A DNA stretch of 64,000 bases. It comes from Chloroflexia bacterium (GTDB taxonomy: Bacteria; Chloroflexota; Chloroflexia; QHBQ01). The position numbers were made by a program, and so were the translations under genes. This document shows, piece by piece, positions 25,745 to 36,924 of this stretch. Every line of letters starts with the position of its first letter. Position 1 is the first letter of the stretch. The stretch is from assembly GCA_038230695.1 (NCBI GenBank), contig JBBRMT010000001.1, forward strand, positions 132 through 64,131, in the 5' to 3' direction. The notes beneath the pieces were generated by a model that was not told the origin of the DNA, ran no database searches, and saw nothing but the letters and a program-made list of their open reading frames with translations.

Positions 25745-28700
25745 ATGTCAAAGTTTCTTACCCGCCTGCTGGTCGCTAGCCTGGTGTTGTTCGCTATCAG
25801 TATGTTGGCGTTGACCAGCGCAAGTTATTCCACCAGCGCTGCCCGCGCTACCGCCTTCAGCGCCGCCCCTGCGCCGAAGGTCGAGCAGGCGGTGCTGAAT
25901 GATACCGCCAATGGCAAGGTAGGCGCATTTGTGGTGCTGCTTGCCGATCAGGCCAACCTCAACGCCGCCTATAGCATGAAGGACAAGGATGCGCGGGGCT
26001 GGTATGTCTACAACACGCTCAAGAGCAAGGCCGACCAGACCCAGGGGCCAATCATCGCCTTGCTCACCAAGCAAGGGTTGAATTATCAGTCCTTCTGGGT
26101 TGCCAACGCCATCGTCGTCTACAACGGCAGCCGCGCTGTGGTTGACCAGCTTGCCGCCCGTAGCGATGTCCAGGCTATCGAGTCGAACGACTCGTTCATG
26201 GCGATCGAGCCGCCGCAGATTGCCAATGCCAAGCCAGCAAGCGTATCCTTGACCAAAGCAGTCTCCGCCGTCACCAGCGTAACCATTCCCTGGGGCATTA
26301 GTAACGTCAATGCTCCCCAGGTGTGGTCAATGGGCTACACCGGCCAGGGTATCGTGATTGGCAACGCCGACACCGGAATGCAATGGGACCACCCCGCGCT
26401 GAGGCCCCACTATCGGGGCTGGAATGGCAGTACCGCCGACCATAACTACAACTGGCACGACTCCATCCACGACTCCAGCGGCAACCAATGCGGCAACGAC
26501 TCGCAATTCCCCTGCGATGACCAGGGCCATGGCACGCACACCACCGGCACGACTGTTGGTGATGATGGCAATGGCTATGAAATCGGCGTAGCCCCCGGCG
26601 CGAAGTGGATCGGCTGCCGCAACATGGACGCTGGTAATGGCACGCCCGCTCGCTATACCGAGTGTTTCCAGTTCTTCATCGCGCCCACCGACCTGAACAA
26701 TCAGAATCCCAACCCTGCGCTCCGCCCCGACGTGATCAACAACTCGTGGGATTGCCCATCCAGCGAGGGCTGCGGTCAGCTAACCCTGCTGACGGTGGTA
26801 AACAATACGCGGGCAGCGGGCATTTTCGTTGAGGCATCGGCGCAGAACTCCGGCCCTGGCTGTTCATCGGTGGCGAACCCGCCCGCCATCTACGACTCCG
26901 CCTTCGCCACCGGTGCTTACGATATTGGCGACAACCTTGCGGGCTTCAGCAGCCGTGGCCCAGCCACCATGACCGGCCATCTAAAGCCCCAGATCAGCGC
27001 CCCCGGCGTACAGGTACTCTCCAGTGTACCGCATAACGCTTACTCTTCAAACTACAGTGGCACCTCGATGGCAGGCCCGCACGTGGTGGGGTCGGTCGCG
27101 CTGCTCTGGTCGGCCCGCCCTCAGCTTGAGCGAGACATTACTACTACCGAGCAGATACTGGAAAATACCGCCAATCCTAATGTCATAGTTTCGGGCGGAC
27201 CGCAGACCTGTGGTGGTATCCCCAGCAGCCAGATCCCCAACAACTCCTTCGGCTATGGGCGGGTTGATGCCCTTGCCGCCGTCAACTCCGTGCCGCTGCA
27301 AACTCCCACCCCGACTGTGACTGGCACACCGCCCACCGCGACCGCCACCAACACGGCTGCGCCTACCAATACGGCTGCGCCCACCAACACAACCGCGCCC
27401 ACCAACACAACTGCACCAGCAACTGCTACGCCAACGCAGACCCCCTGCCCCGCGTTCTGGGTCAACGACTCCAACATCCCCGGCCCGCGCATCGGCGCTG
27501 CTGCGGCAGGTGGCAACAGCGTCATCTTCGAGGCGGGCGGCGACGATGGCTCTGCCAGCCACATCTCCAATACCGCCGCAATGTACACCGGCTCTGGCGC
27601 ATGGCAGGCTATCCCCAATATGCCTATCTCCACGACTGATGCCTCCGGCCTCAGCAATGGCACCAACTTCTACGTGGTGGGTGGTAAGGATGCCAGCGGC
27701 CTGCCTACCGCCAACGTGCAGATTTACAACTCGATTAGCAACACCTGGACGATGGGAGCGCCCATCCCCACGCCCGTCTACGGCGCGGTCGGCGCTTATG
27801 TGTTTGGCATATACCTGTTCGGCGGTTGCACTGATGCCGCTTGCTCATCACCCGCCAGTATCACTCAGATATATGATCCCGTGAGAAACACCTGGGGGCC
27901 AGGGGTTGGCGTACCAGGCGGTCTGGCCCACGGCTTTGCCGCGCTGCTTGGCAGCAAGAGCATCTACGTCGTAGGTGGACTGGACAGCACGGGCGCGGCA
28001 ACCAACCGCCTACAGATCTACGACTTTGCCGATAATCGCTGGCACTCCACCGGACTCACTCAGTTGCCTAACACATGGTCGGGGATGGCGGGCGGTATAT
28101 TCAATGGTGAACTATACATCTTCGGCGGGGACACTAATGGCATCACCAACCGTACCATCAGCTACAACCAGACGCTCAACGCCTGGACCGAACGCGCCCC
28201 ACTTAATCTGGCTACTACTGATATGCAGGGTGGAAGCCTACATGGCAGCCTCTACATCGTCGGCGGCAGCACTGGCGGTAGCAACGCCACCAGCCGCGTC
28301 GAACGTTACTCGTCCAATTGCAACGGCACACCTACGCCGATTGCCACTGCCACGCCAGGCGGTTCGACCGACACTCCAACCCCGGCCAGCACTATGGGAC
28401 CACCGTCTCCAACCGTGGCTGCATCGCCGACTGCTGCGCCACCCTCGCCTACACCGTGCATTACAACGGGCGGCTGGAGTGCAATTGCCTCGATGCCCAC
28501 CACAGCAATACGCAATGCCGGTGTCTACTACCCGCCCAACGGCAAGTTCTACTCGCTTGGCGGCAGCACGGCCAAAGGCGCAAATACCGACATCCTCAAC
28601 CCTTATGAGTATGACCCCACCGCCAACACCTGGATTACCCGCAGCGCCAGCTTCGATAATCCCTTTGTGGACAATATGGTTGCCGCCGCCCTCACCGATA

Positions 28701-30085
28701 CCACCGGCACCCACATCTACACGGTTGGTGGCAGTCAAGGCAGCGCCTTCATTACCACCGCCGAGGTGCGTGTTTACGACCCAATTGCCAACACCATCAG
28801 CGTGCTGACCAGCGACCCGTGGACGCAGACGGTGATCAGCCCGAACATTCTACCGGGCGGGTTCGCGGTGATCAACAACACGTTGTACATTCTGGGCGGC
28901 ATCGCCCTCAACGCCGACCCTACGCAGCAGTACACCATCCACGACATCTGGCAGTTCGACCCCAACCGGGCAGCCGGGTCACGCTGGGTACACAAGCTGT
29001 CGCGTTTGCCAGTCGCTGAAGGCTACGTGCCAGCAGCGGGCCTGGGCAGCGACATCTACACCGGCGGCGGTGCGGTAATTACAAGCACATCGCTGATTGA
29101 TGTAGCCAACGCTTACTGGAACGATACCCCCACCGACACCATCTTCACGGTAACTCATGCGCTGACCGCAACTTCAAACACCCGTGGCGTAGATATGACC
29201 GACCCGATCAATGGGGATAAGATGTGGGTTCTGGGCGGCGGCTTCAATGGGCCTTATGCCGATGTGCAGATTTATGACCCTGCCACCGACACCTGGACCG
29301 CTGGGCCAGCGATGAGGCAGGCCCGCCGCAACTTCGCAGCCGATGCTAACAATGACCATATCTGGGTGGCAGGTGGCTATGACGCGGGCGGCAATCCGAT
29401 AGCAGCGGCGGAGGTATACAACCCATCCGCGCCCTGCGCTAGCCCCACCCCTGCACCTACTAACACACCTGCGGCAACCCCAACTGATTGCCCCAACCTG
29501 TTCGTGGATGTCAACGGCAACACCTTCTACACCGCAATCCACTACCTCAATTGCCGTGGCGTGGTCAACGGCCTCGATGCTACGCACTATAGCCCCGCTG
29601 GCACGTCTACTCGCGGCCAGTTCGCCAAGGTGGTGACGCTAGGCTTTGGCACGCCGCTATATACGCCGAGTGTGCAAGACTTTGTGGACGTGCCACCCAG
29701 CTACTTCGCCTACGTCTACATTGAGAGCGGCTACCACGCTGGTATCCTCAGTGGCTTCGACCCCGCCACCTGCACCGCGCACGGTCTGGCTACACCCTGC
29801 TACTTGCCTAACCTGCCCATCACGCGCGGCCAGCTTACCAAGCTAGTCGTCAATGCCGGTGGCTACACCCTGATTACGCCAACAGGTGGCACCCAGGACT
29901 TCGTTGACGTACCCACCACCAACGTCTTCTACGTTAGCATCGAGACCGCCTACCACAACGGCATCGTCCACGGCTACCCTGGTGGCCTCTACCTGCCCAA
30001 CGCCAACATCCGCCGCGACGAGATGGCCCAGATCGTCTACACTGGCATCATCAACCGACCACACTTAGCCCAGGACTTAGTGTGA
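25745..30085 (+). CDS. giant secreted S-layer-anchored protein: signal peptide, inhibitor-I9-like propeptide, subtilisin-like peptidase S8 domain, TP linker, ~2 Kelch-type beta-propellers, three C-terminal SLH domains
   Basis: S8 catalytic triad contexts VIGNADTGMQWDHPAL (Asp), HGTHTTGT (His) and GTSMAGPHVVG (Ser). Repeated Y(V/I)(V/F)GG Kelch blades. SLH domains FVDVNGNTFYTAIHYL…, FVDVPPSYFAYVYIESGYHAGI…, FVDVPTTNVFYVSIETAYHNGI…. Confidence 0.8.
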   Translation: MSKFLTRLLVASLVLFAISMLALTSASYSTSAARATAFSAAPAPKVEQAVLNDTANGKVGAFVVLLADQANLNAAYSMKDKDARGWYVYNTLKSKADQTQGPIIALLTKQGLNYQSFWVANAIVVYNGSRAVVDQLAARSDVQAIESNDSFMAIEPPQIANAKPASVSLTKAVSAVTSVTIPWGISNVNAPQVWSMGYTGQGIVIGNADTGMQWDHPALRPHYRGWNGSTADHNYNWHDSIHDSSGNQCGNDSQFPCDDQGHGTHTTGTTVGDDGNGYEIGVAPGAKWIGCRNMDAGNGTPARYTECFQFFIAPTDLNNQNPNPALRPDVINNSWDCPSSEGCGQLTLLTVVNNTRAAGIFVEASAQNSGPGCSSVANPPAIYDSAFATGAYDIGDNLAGFSSRGPATMTGHLKPQISAPGVQVLSSVPHNAYSSNYSGTSMAGPHVVGSVALLWSARPQLERDITTTEQILENTANPNVIVSGGPQTCGGIPSSQIPNNSFGYGRVDALAAVNSVPLQTPTPTVTGTPPTATATNTAAPTNTAAPTNTTAPTNTTAPATATPTQTPCPAFWVNDSNIPGPRIGAAAAGGNSVIFEAGGDDGSASHISNTAAMYTGSGAWQAIPNMPISTTDASGLSNGTNFYVVGGKDASGLPTANVQIYNSISNTWTMGAPIPTPVYGAVGAYVFGIYLFGGCTDAACSSPASITQIYDPVRNTWGPGVGVPGGLAHGFAALLGSKSIYVVGGLDSTGAATNRLQIYDFADNRWHSTGLTQLPNTWSGMAGGIFNGELYIFGGDTNGITNRTISYNQTLNAWTERAPLNLATTDMQGGSLHGSLYIVGGSTGGSNATSRVERYSSNCNGTPTPIATATPGGSTDTPTPASTMGPPSPTVAASPTAAPPSPTPCITTGGWSAIASMPTTAIRNAGVYYPPNGKFYSLGGSTAKGANTDILNPYEYDPTANTWITRSASFDNPFVDNMVAAALTDTTGTHIYTVGGSQGSAFITTAEVRVYDPIANTISVLTSDPWTQTVISPNILPGGFAVINNTLYILGGIALNADPTQQYTIHDIWQFDPNRAAGSRWVHKLSRLPVAEGYVPAAGLGSDIYTGGGAVITSTSLIDVANAYWNDTPTDTIFTVTHALTATSNTRGVDMTDPINGDKMWVLGGGFNGPYADVQIYDPATDTWTAGPAMRQARRNFAADANNDHIWVAGGYDAGGNPIAAAEVYNPSAPCASPTPAPTNTPAATPTDCPNLFVDVNGNTFYTAIHYLNCRGVVNGLDATHYSPAGTSTRGQFAKVVTLGFGTPLYTPSVQDFVDVPPSYFAYVYIESGYHAGILSGFDPATCTAHGLATPCYLPNLPITRGQLTKLVVNAGGYTLITPTGGTQDFVDVPTTNVFYVSIETAYHNGIVHGYPGGLYLPNANIRRDEMAQIVYTGIINRPHLAQDLV

Positions 30086-30102
30086 GAACTGAGGATTTAG
30101 TA

Positions 30103-30146
30103 TAAACAGAGGGAGGGCGCATCTAGTGGTGCGCCCTCCCTCTGTT
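30103..30146. terminator. bidirectional terminator: perfect 18-bp stem AAACAGAGGGAGGGCGCA-TCTAGTGG-TGCGCCCTCCCTCTGTTT between convergent genes
   Basis: Perfect inverted repeat with AAA/TTT flanks. Lies between the S8 protein stop and the clpC stop. Confidence 0.85.
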
Positions 30147-30164
30147 TCAGTTATTCCTCAGTGC

Positions 30165-32702
30165 TTACTTGTCTTCGTCGTCCGCACCTGCGCCGATTAG
30201 TTCGGGCAGGCGGTCGTCGTCAATCACCGGCTTGTCGGGGTGGGTGGCTTCGAGCTTGAACATATCGTCCTCGACGGTGACGGTGACGTTGCTGCCTATC
30301 ATGAAGCGACCTTCGAGGATGCCCTCGGCGAGGGGGTCTTCGATCAGGTTCTGGATGATACGGCGCAGCGGACGTGCGCCAAAGTTGGGGTCATAGCCGC
30401 GCTTGGCAAGCAGATCCATACCCTCATTACTGACATCGAGGGTCATTTCCTGCTCCTTGAGCTGCACGCGCACACGAGCCAGCAGCAGGTCGGTGATATG
30501 GCGGATGTTGTCGCCAGTGAGCGAGTGGAAAACCATGATGCCGTCAATGCGGTTGAGGAACTCAGGGCGGAAGGCCCGCTTGAGTTCGCCCATTACCTTA
30601 TCCTTCATCTTGTCGTACTGGCTCTTGGCCGCCTTCTCGCTGTCGGTCTTGGTAGCGAATCCCATGTTCATGTCGCGGTTGATTAGCTCTGCGCCCACGT
30701 TGGAGGTCATAATTATGACCGTGTTGCGGAAGTCTACGCGGCGGCCCTTTGCGTCGGCCAGGTAGCCGTCTTCGAGGATCTGCAGCAGCATATTGAAGAC
30801 TTCAGGGTGAGCTTTTTCGATCTCGTCCAGCAGGATGACGCAGTAGCTCTTGCGCCGCACCGCCTCAGTAAGCTGACCGCCCTCTTCGTAGCCGACGTAC
30901 CCAGGAGGCGCACCGACCAGGCGAGAGAGGTTGTGTCGCTCCATGAACTCGCTCATGTCAATCTTGACCAGCGCCTCTTCGCTGCCAAACATTTGCTCGG
31001 CCAGCGCTTTCGCCAGTTCTGTCTTGCCCACCCCGGTTGGGCCGAGGAAGATGAAGCTGCCAATAGGCCGCTTAGGATCCTTAAGCCCGGTGCGGGCGCG
31101 GCGCACCGCCTTCGATATGCCGGTAATCGCCTCATCCTGACCGACTACCCGTTGATGCAGGTGGGTCTCCAGTTGCAGCAACCGCACGGACTCTTCGCCC
31201 GCTATGCGTACCAGCGGGATACCAGTCCACATACTGACTACCTCGGCGATATCCTCTTCGGTGACGTAAGGCTTCTCGGCGCTGTGTTCGCCATCAATGC
31301 CCTCCTCCATCTCCGACAGCCGCTTGCGTAGCGCATCGGCGCGGTCGCGGAAGTCGGCAGCTAGCTCGAATTGCTGTGAGGCGCTGGCCTCGTCGCGCTG
31401 CCGCTCCATATCGCGCAGGGCATTCATTGCCTCGCGCTGGCTGGGGCGGGTGGAAGAGCGGGTGAGCCGCACGCGGCTGGATGCCTCGTCAATCAAGTCA
31501 ATCGCCTTGTCGGGCATGAAGCGGTCGGAGACGTAGCGGGCTGCCAGATTGGCGGCGGCCTTGAGCGCCTCGTCGGTGATGTAGAGGCGGTGATGTTCCT
31601 CGTAAAGCTCCTTGATACCGCGCAGGATCTGGATGGTCTCCTCGATACCCGGCTCTTCCACCATCACGGGCTGGAAGCGGCGCTCAAGGGCGGCATCGCG
31701 CTCGATGTACTTGCGATACTCGTCCAGCGTGGTCGCGCCGATGCACTGCATCTCGCCCCGCGATAGCTGCGGCTTGAGAATGTTGGCGGCATCTACCGCG
31801 CCTTCCGCCGCACCTGCGCCGACAATGGTGTGCAATTCGTCAATGAACAGGATGCTGCCAGTGTCCTTGATTTCGGCCATTACCTTCTTCAGCCGCTCCT
31901 CGAACTCACCGCGATACTTGGTGCCAGCCACCAATGCGCCAATATCCAGCGACAGCAAACGCTTGCCAATCAGTGTCTCTGGCACGTCGCCTGCGACGAT
32001 GCGCTGGGCCAGCCCCTCGACGATCGCGGTCTTACCCACTCCTGGTTCACCAATCAAGGCAGGGTTGTTCTTAGTGCGCCGCGATAGTATCTGGATAACT
32101 CTCTCGATCTCCTTCTGCCGCCCAACGATGGGGCCGAGCTTGCCCTGGCGGGCGGCTTCGGTCAGGTCCATGCCAAGTTGGTCAATGAAGGGGGTTTTGC
32201 TGTTGACTTTGGAGCTAGACGCGCCCGCAGTAGCGTAGCTGCCGCCACCGCCCGCCGCGCTGGCGTTCAGAACCTTGATCACTTCGGCGCGAACCTTCTC
32301 CAGGCTCACTCCAAGGCTTTCGAGTACGCCAGCGGCGATGCCCTCACCCTCGCGCACCAGGCCGAGTAGCAGGTGTTCGGTGCCGATGTAATGGTGATTG
32401 AGCTTGCGGGCTTCGTCAATCGCCAGTTCGATCACCTTCTTGGCGCGAGGGGTCAGTCCGATGTCGCCAACCACCATCTTTTCACCCCGCCCAATAATGA
32501 ACTCGACCGCGCTTCGCACCTTGTGCAACTCTACGTTCAGGTTTGCCAGCACGCGGGCGGCCACGCCATCACCCTCACGCACCAGGCCGAGCAGGATATG
32601 TTCGGTACCGATATAGTTATGATTGAAGCGTTGCGCTTCTTCCTGGGCGAGGTTGAGTACCTTACGCGCCCGTTCGGTAAACTTATCAAACTTATCTGTC
32701 AT
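30165..32702 (-). CDS. clpC: ATP-dependent Clp protease ATP-binding subunit ClpC (two Clp_N repeats, two AAA+ modules, UVR motif)
   Basis: Begins [26 protein letters not shown]. Walker A motifs GEPGVGKT and [18 protein letters not shown] before the ATG at 32702; the upstream extension to 32747 is unlikely. Confidence 0.9.
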   Translation of the reverse strand: MTDKFDKFTERARKVLNLAQEEAQRFNHNYIGTEHILLGLVREGDGVAARVLANLNVELHKVRSAVEFIIGRGEKMVVGDIGLTPRAKKVIELAIDEARKLNHHYIGTEHLLLGLVREGEGIAAGVLESLGVSLEKVRAEVIKVLNASAAGGGGSYATAGASSSKVNSKTPFIDQLGMDLTEAARQGKLGPIVGRQKEIERVIQILSRRTKNNPALIGEPGVGKTAIVEGLAQRIVAGDVPETLIGKRLLSLDIGALVAGTKYRGEFEERLKKVMAEIKDTGSILFIDELHTIVGAGAAEGAVDAANILKPQLSRGEMQCIGATTLDEYRKYIERDAALERRFQPVMVEEPGIEETIQILRGIKELYEEHHRLYITDEALKAAANLAARYVSDRFMPDKAIDLIDEASSRVRLTRSSTRPSQREAMNALRDMERQRDEASASQQFELAADFRDRADALRKRLSEMEEGIDGEHSAEKPYVTEEDIAEVVSMWTGIPLVRIAGEESVRLLQLETHLHQRVVGQDEAITGISKAVRRARTGLKDPKRPIGSFIFLGPTGVGKTELAKALAEQMFGSEEALVKIDMSEFMERHNLSRLVGAPPGYVGYEEGGQLTEAVRRKSYCVILLDEIEKAHPEVFNMLLQILEDGYLADAKGRRVDFRNTVIIMTSNVGAELINRDMNMGFATKTDSEKAAKSQYDKMKDKVMGELKRAFRPEFLNRIDGIMVFHSLTGDNIRHITDLLLARVRVQLKEQEMTLDVSNEGMDLLAKRGYDPNFGARPLRRIIQNLIEDPLAEGILEGRFMIGSNVTVTVEDDMFKLEATHPDKPVIDDDRLPELIGAGADDEDK

Positions 32703-32854
32703 CGTCTTCTCCCAGTTCAGGCTAATGTTGACAACGCGAATGGTCACTACTGCTAAATATACGTACTGGCGGAGTTTTTCTATTCAATTTTCTTGCCATC
32801 ACAATTATACAACGGTGGCGGCAGGGTGATGGTTATATTTGTATTAGAAAGCGG

Positions 32855-32886
32855 CAAGCCCCCAATGCTTGCGCGGTGGGGGCTTG
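32855..32886 (-). terminator. hairpin CAAGCCCCC-N14-GGGGGCTTG downstream of rpsA
   Basis: 9-bp GC stem ~75 nt after the rpsA stop on the minus strand. Also lies within the clpC upstream region. Confidence 0.5.
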
Positions 32887-32961
32887 TGGTTTAATGCGGG
32901 TAGGTAGCCCTCTTGTTGGCGCCGAGTAGATGCAACGGTTAGTTGATAACCGCCAGCTTCG

Positions 32962-35589
32962 TTACTTGGTGTCACCACCATTGCCAGAGTGTGTGCCTTC
33001 TTCAGCGCCCGCCTCGCCATGCTGGCTGGACGCTTCAGAGCCGGTGCCGGTCTCCTCGGTAGGAGCATCGGAGTCGTTGTTGCCCTGGTTGGGGTAGGTT
33101 GTCGTGCCGCTGGCATCTCCGCCGCTATCGGTAGCCGCAGCGGTGTCGGCTTGTACCTCGCCACTGCTGGCTTCTGCAACGCTGAGAACGTGGCTGCCGC
33201 TGGCGGCAAAGCTCTCGCCGGTTGCCACATCGCCACTGGCGGCATCACTGTCGCTAGCATTACTTGGCGCGGCAGGCGCGTCGTTACCCGCTGGGTCGGA
33301 TACTGCGGATACGACCTGGGCCGCTACCTCATCATCCTGCGCGGCGGTTGGCGCAACAACCTGGTCAATCACCTCGGCGTTGGCAGGCTGCGACTCACTG
33401 ATATGGGGCATTGCGGGCGGTGTGGTGTTAGTGTTCATGGTTACGTCCACAGTGTTCATCGCCGAGCGTGGTGTTTCGATTGCGGAAGTCTCATTAGTAT
33501 CGCCCGACTCATCGCGTTGAGCCATCGCCTCGCGCATTGCCAGTTCCATTGCGCTCTGCCCGCCGCCACCGAAGGTGGTCTGGCTGGGGATTTGCGCCTC
33601 ACGCGGACGGCGGTCGCCGCCACGGTCACGCCGTTCGCCAGCGCCGCTGCCGCGTTCACCTCGGTCGCGTCGTTCGCCACCGCGCTCACCGCCGCTGCGT
33701 TCGCCGCGTGGCTCACCGCCACCGCTACGCTCACCGCGTGGTTCGCTGCCACGTTCGCCACGGGGTTCGCTGCTGCGCTCAGGGCGGGGACCACGTTCGC
33801 CACGTTCGCCGCCGGGTTGACCTTCGGCTAGGATGTCATCCATGCTCGCGCCTTCGACTGCCCGCTTGAGGCTGAGGCCGATGCGCTTGCGCTGCGGGTC
33901 AATGCGGATGATGCGCAGGGTGTGGTGTTCGCCCTCATGCACGGCATCGCGGGGGTGCATGATACGGCCCTCGGATAGCTCGGATACGTGGATTAGGCCT
34001 TCGACCCCATCAGCGATGCGGGCGAACGCGCCAAAGGTGGCAAGCTGGGTTATCGTACCCTCCACCAACTGTCCTACCTGATAACGGCTGGTGATGTCCA
34101 TCCAGGGTTCCTGCTGGGTGCGCTTCAGACTGAGCGCGATCTTGCGATCCTGCTCGTCTACGCCGAGGACGTAAACATCAACCTCCTGGCCCACCTTCAG
34201 CACTTCACTGGGGTGGTTGACGCGGCTCCACGACAGTTCGCTGAGGTGGATGAGGCCGTCAGCCCCGCCAATGTCAACAAACGCGCCAAAGTCGGCGATG
34301 CTGACCACGCGCCCGTGGCGGGTATCGCCCGCCTTGAGTTCGGAGAGCAGCCGCTCCTTCATCACTTCACGCTGCGCGGTAAGCGCCAGGCGTTCGCTGA
34401 GGATGAGGCGATTGCGGTTGCGGTTGATCTCGATGATCTTCAGGCCAATCTGCCGCCCAACCATCGCTTGCAGGTCGGCTTGCTTGGCCTGGTCACTGCC
34501 GCCCAGCCCGGTTACCTGGCTGGAGGGAACGAAGCCGCGCACACCGTCGAGGTTGACCAGCAGGCCACCCTTATTGTAGCCGCTGACATCAGTCTGGATG
34601 ATCTCGCCCGCGTCAAACTGCCGTTGCAGCTTGCGCCAGCTTTTCTCCTGGCGGGCGCGGTTGAGCGAAAGGACGGCGTGGCCCTCGTTGTCCTCCGGTG
34701 TCACCACCGACACGAGTATCTCATCGCCTTCTTTCAGCTCACCAAACTCGGTTGGGCTGAGGTCGGAGAGTTCGTTGCTGGGGACGATGCCTTCAGATTT
34801 CGCGCCAATGTCTACCAGCAGCTCGTCCTTGCCCACGCGCATGATGCGCCCCTCGATTACGTCACCATACTTGAGCGTCTTGAAGCTCTGCTGCCCATAC
34901 ATACTCATCAGTTCTTCCATTGTCTCACCGCCAGAGGCAGACGAGGCGCTGGATGCTGCAGAGGCGCTGGATGCAGTGTCGGTGGAGGTAACAGGAAGGG
35001 TAGAGGTATCTTGCTCGGCAGCAGCTTCGGTTGCCACATCGGCGGGCCGCCAGGGTGTTTCGCTGGATGCTTCAGCAGCGTCGGCCTGATCAGCAGCGGG
35101 GGCGCTAGCCTCGACTTCGTCGGCGGCGCGGGAGGCTTGCACATCGGCAACCGTGCTGGTCGCTTCCTCTTGCGTCGCGCTAAAGTCCTCACTGGTGGGT
35201 GGGGCTTGTTCATCAGCAACTGCACTGGTCGCTTCCGCATGGGTCGTGCTGGAGTCGGTGGTTTCAAGCGGGGCTTGCACATCGGCAACCGCGCTGGGCG
35301 CTTCTGGTTGCCCCACATTGATGTCTTCGCTAGTGCCGCTCAACGCCGTAGCGATGGGTGGCTCATTACCAGCGGTGCCGCCATCCGGTTCGGCGAGGGT
35401 ACTGGGCTGTAGCTCCGTGCCAGCTTCGGTGGAGGAGACATCAGCGTTGGATGAGGTGTCCGCTTCGAGCATCGAAGCAGGGCTGGGCTGGGCATCCGAG
35501 GAGCCATTGCCGCTGGGGGGGATAGTTGGCGAAGTGGTGGGCTGCTCGTCAGCGGCCGTGTTCTGCGCCTGGGCCTGGGTATCGTCCAT
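32962..35589 (-). CDS. rpsA: 30S ribosomal protein S1 with unusually long acidic low-complexity N-terminal (~220 aa) and Arg/Gly/Glu-rich plus acidic C-terminal extensions (875 aa as the ORF)
   Basis: Multiple S1 domains (e.g. GDVIEGRIMRVGKDELLVDIGAKSEGIVP; GQLVEGTITQLATFGAFARIADGVEGLIHVSEL). Start uncertain: an internal Met (MEELMSMYGQQSF) would give a conventional N-terminus. Confidence 0.8.
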   Translation of the reverse strand: MDDTQAQAQNTAADEQPTTSPTIPPSGNGSSDAQPSPASMLEADTSSNADVSSTEAGTELQPSTLAEPDGGTAGNEPPIATALSGTSEDINVGQPEAPSAVADVQAPLETTDSSTTHAEATSAVADEQAPPTSEDFSATQEEATSTVADVQASRAADEVEASAPAADQADAAEASSETPWRPADVATEAAAEQDTSTLPVTSTDTASSASAASSASSASGGETMEELMSMYGQQSFKTLKYGDVIEGRIMRVGKDELLVDIGAKSEGIVPSNELSDLSPTEFGELKEGDEILVSVVTPEDNEGHAVLSLNRARQEKSWRKLQRQFDAGEIIQTDVSGYNKGGLLVNLDGVRGFVPSSQVTGLGGSDQAKQADLQAMVGRQIGLKIIEINRNRNRLILSERLALTAQREVMKERLLSELKAGDTRHGRVVSIADFGAFVDIGGADGLIHLSELSWSRVNHPSEVLKVGQEVDVYVLGVDEQDRKIALSLKRTQQEPWMDITSRYQVGQLVEGTITQLATFGAFARIADGVEGLIHVSELSEGRIMHPRDAVHEGEHHTLRIIRIDPQRKRIGLSLKRAVEGASMDDILAEGQPGGERGERGPRPERSSEPRGERGSEPRGERSGGGEPRGERSGGERGGERRDRGERGSGAGERRDRGGDRRPREAQIPSQTTFGGGGQSAMELAMREAMAQRDESGDTNETSAIETPRSAMNTVDVTMNTNTTPPAMPHISESQPANAEVIDQVVAPTAAQDDEVAAQVVSAVSDPAGNDAPAAPSNASDSDAASGDVATGESFAASGSHVLSVAEASSGEVQADTAAATDSGGDASGTTTYPNQGNNDSDAPTEETGTGSEASSQHGEAGAEEGTHSGNGGDTK

Positions 35590-36002
35590 TAAGATTTGCC
35601 GTCCTTATTTTTGATTCTTGCCTCGTCATGCTATGCCGCTTGCCTTGCTCTGGCCGGAGCAAGGGCAATCTAACCATTGGATGGGATGCTGGGGTTCAGC
35701 CTGCCTGTACTCCCGCCGACGGGGTGGAGTATCCTCTGCACAGGCATAGCTTTGCGAGGCTTCGATGGCTATTATACGCCATCCTGCGTTAAAATGCAAG
35801 GAACGCATAAGTAGCGCAAATGATACAAGCCCTATTGTTACTGCGCCCATTGCGGTGTATAATTACGGCGCATCAGAGGAAATAGTTTGTGTTTGGGCGG
35901 GCGCAGTTGGTAGCTGGTGGAAGCCATACTTGCAGCGTATAGCGCGGCGGCGCAAGCTTGGGCAAGAAGCGCAGCAGCCCAGGCAGGAGTGGAGGAGTGA
36001 GG

Positions 36003-36689
36003 ATGACACAGGGAGGACACGAGACCGACTGGGTGGTTGAACACCTGGGCAAGAGCGGTATATTCATATCGTTGAGCGAGGGGGCGCGACGGCTGCTGGC
36101 CGAGCGGATGCGGCGGCGCATCTATCGCAACGGCGCTTATATCTTCAACAAAGGCGATGTGGGTATCAGCCTCTATGTAATTGTGCGCGGTCGGGTCAAG
36201 CTGGTAGACCCAATCGAGAGCGGTGAGGAAATCATCATCGCGGTGCTGAAGGCTGGCGCGGTACTAGGCGAGTTGTCGCTATTCGATGGTGCGCCGCGCT
36301 CGGCCACTGCTGAGGCGCTCGAAGATGTGGAGGTGCTGGCCCTGGCGCGGGAAGATTTCATCGCGGCGCTGCGCTCGTTCCCCGACATGGCTCTAGCCCT
36401 GCTGGCGGGCATGGCCCGCACCATTCGGCGCATGAACGGCGAGGTGGAGGCGGCCATCTTCCTCGATCTGCCGGGGCGGGTGGCGAAGAAGCTGCTGGAA
36501 CTGGGCAAGGAGAGCGAAGGTACGACCCTGCATATCACTCAGACTGAGTTGGCCGACACGGTGGGCGCAACCCGCGTCAGCGTCAACAAGATTCTGGGCG
36601 ACTTCGCCAGCAGCGGCGCGGTACGCCTTGGCAAAGGGCGCATCGAGATTGTCGCCCCCGAAATGCTGCAGCGGCGCATCGTGTATTGA
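36003..36689 (+). CDS. Crp/Fnr family transcriptional regulator (cNMP-binding domain plus C-terminal HTH)
   Basis: cNMP-binding beta-roll (…GAVLGELSLFDGAPRSATAEALEDVEVLAL…) and HTH ITQTELADTVGATRVSVNKIL. ATG at 36003 with GGAGGAGTGAGG SD. Confidence 0.8.
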   Translation: MTQGGHETDWVVEHLGKSGIFISLSEGARRLLAERMRRRIYRNGAYIFNKGDVGISLYVIVRGRVKLVDPIESGEEIIIAVLKAGAVLGELSLFDGAPRSATAEALEDVEVLALAREDFIAALRSFPDMALALLAGMARTIRRMNGEVEAAIFLDLPGRVAKKLLELGKESEGTTLHITQTELADTVGATRVSVNKILGDFASSGAVRLGKGRIEIVAPEMLQRRIVY

Positions 36690-36788
36690 GTGATGAGTGA
36701 TGAGTGAAGTAGGAGGTTGCTCGTGCAGCTAAAGCTATAGAGACATTCTACATTCTACTGTCTACCTTCTGAATCAGAGGAATGAGCC

Positions 36789-36824
36789 GGTCAACAGGCA
36801 GCCATGACGGCTAACCTGTTGACC
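36789..36824. terminator. hairpin GGTCAACAGG-N16-CCTGTTGACC between convergent genes
   Basis: Perfect 10-bp inverted repeat seen directly. Confidence 0.5.
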
Positions 36825-36924
36825 AACCCACGGAAAGAGGAGAGTTGAGAGGAGAGGAGGTAGGGGAGGGTTCAGCGGGCGCGGTATGGGTCAGATACCG
36901 GCTCACTGAGGGGTGGCAGGGTGT

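Noticed and set aside
33104-35412. Long antisense and alternate-frame ORFs within rpsA (e.g. 34213..35412 +, 32989..33831 +)
   Set aside because: Shadows of the S1 gene and its low-complexity extensions. Composition is Ala/Gly/Arg-rich and they lack translation signals.
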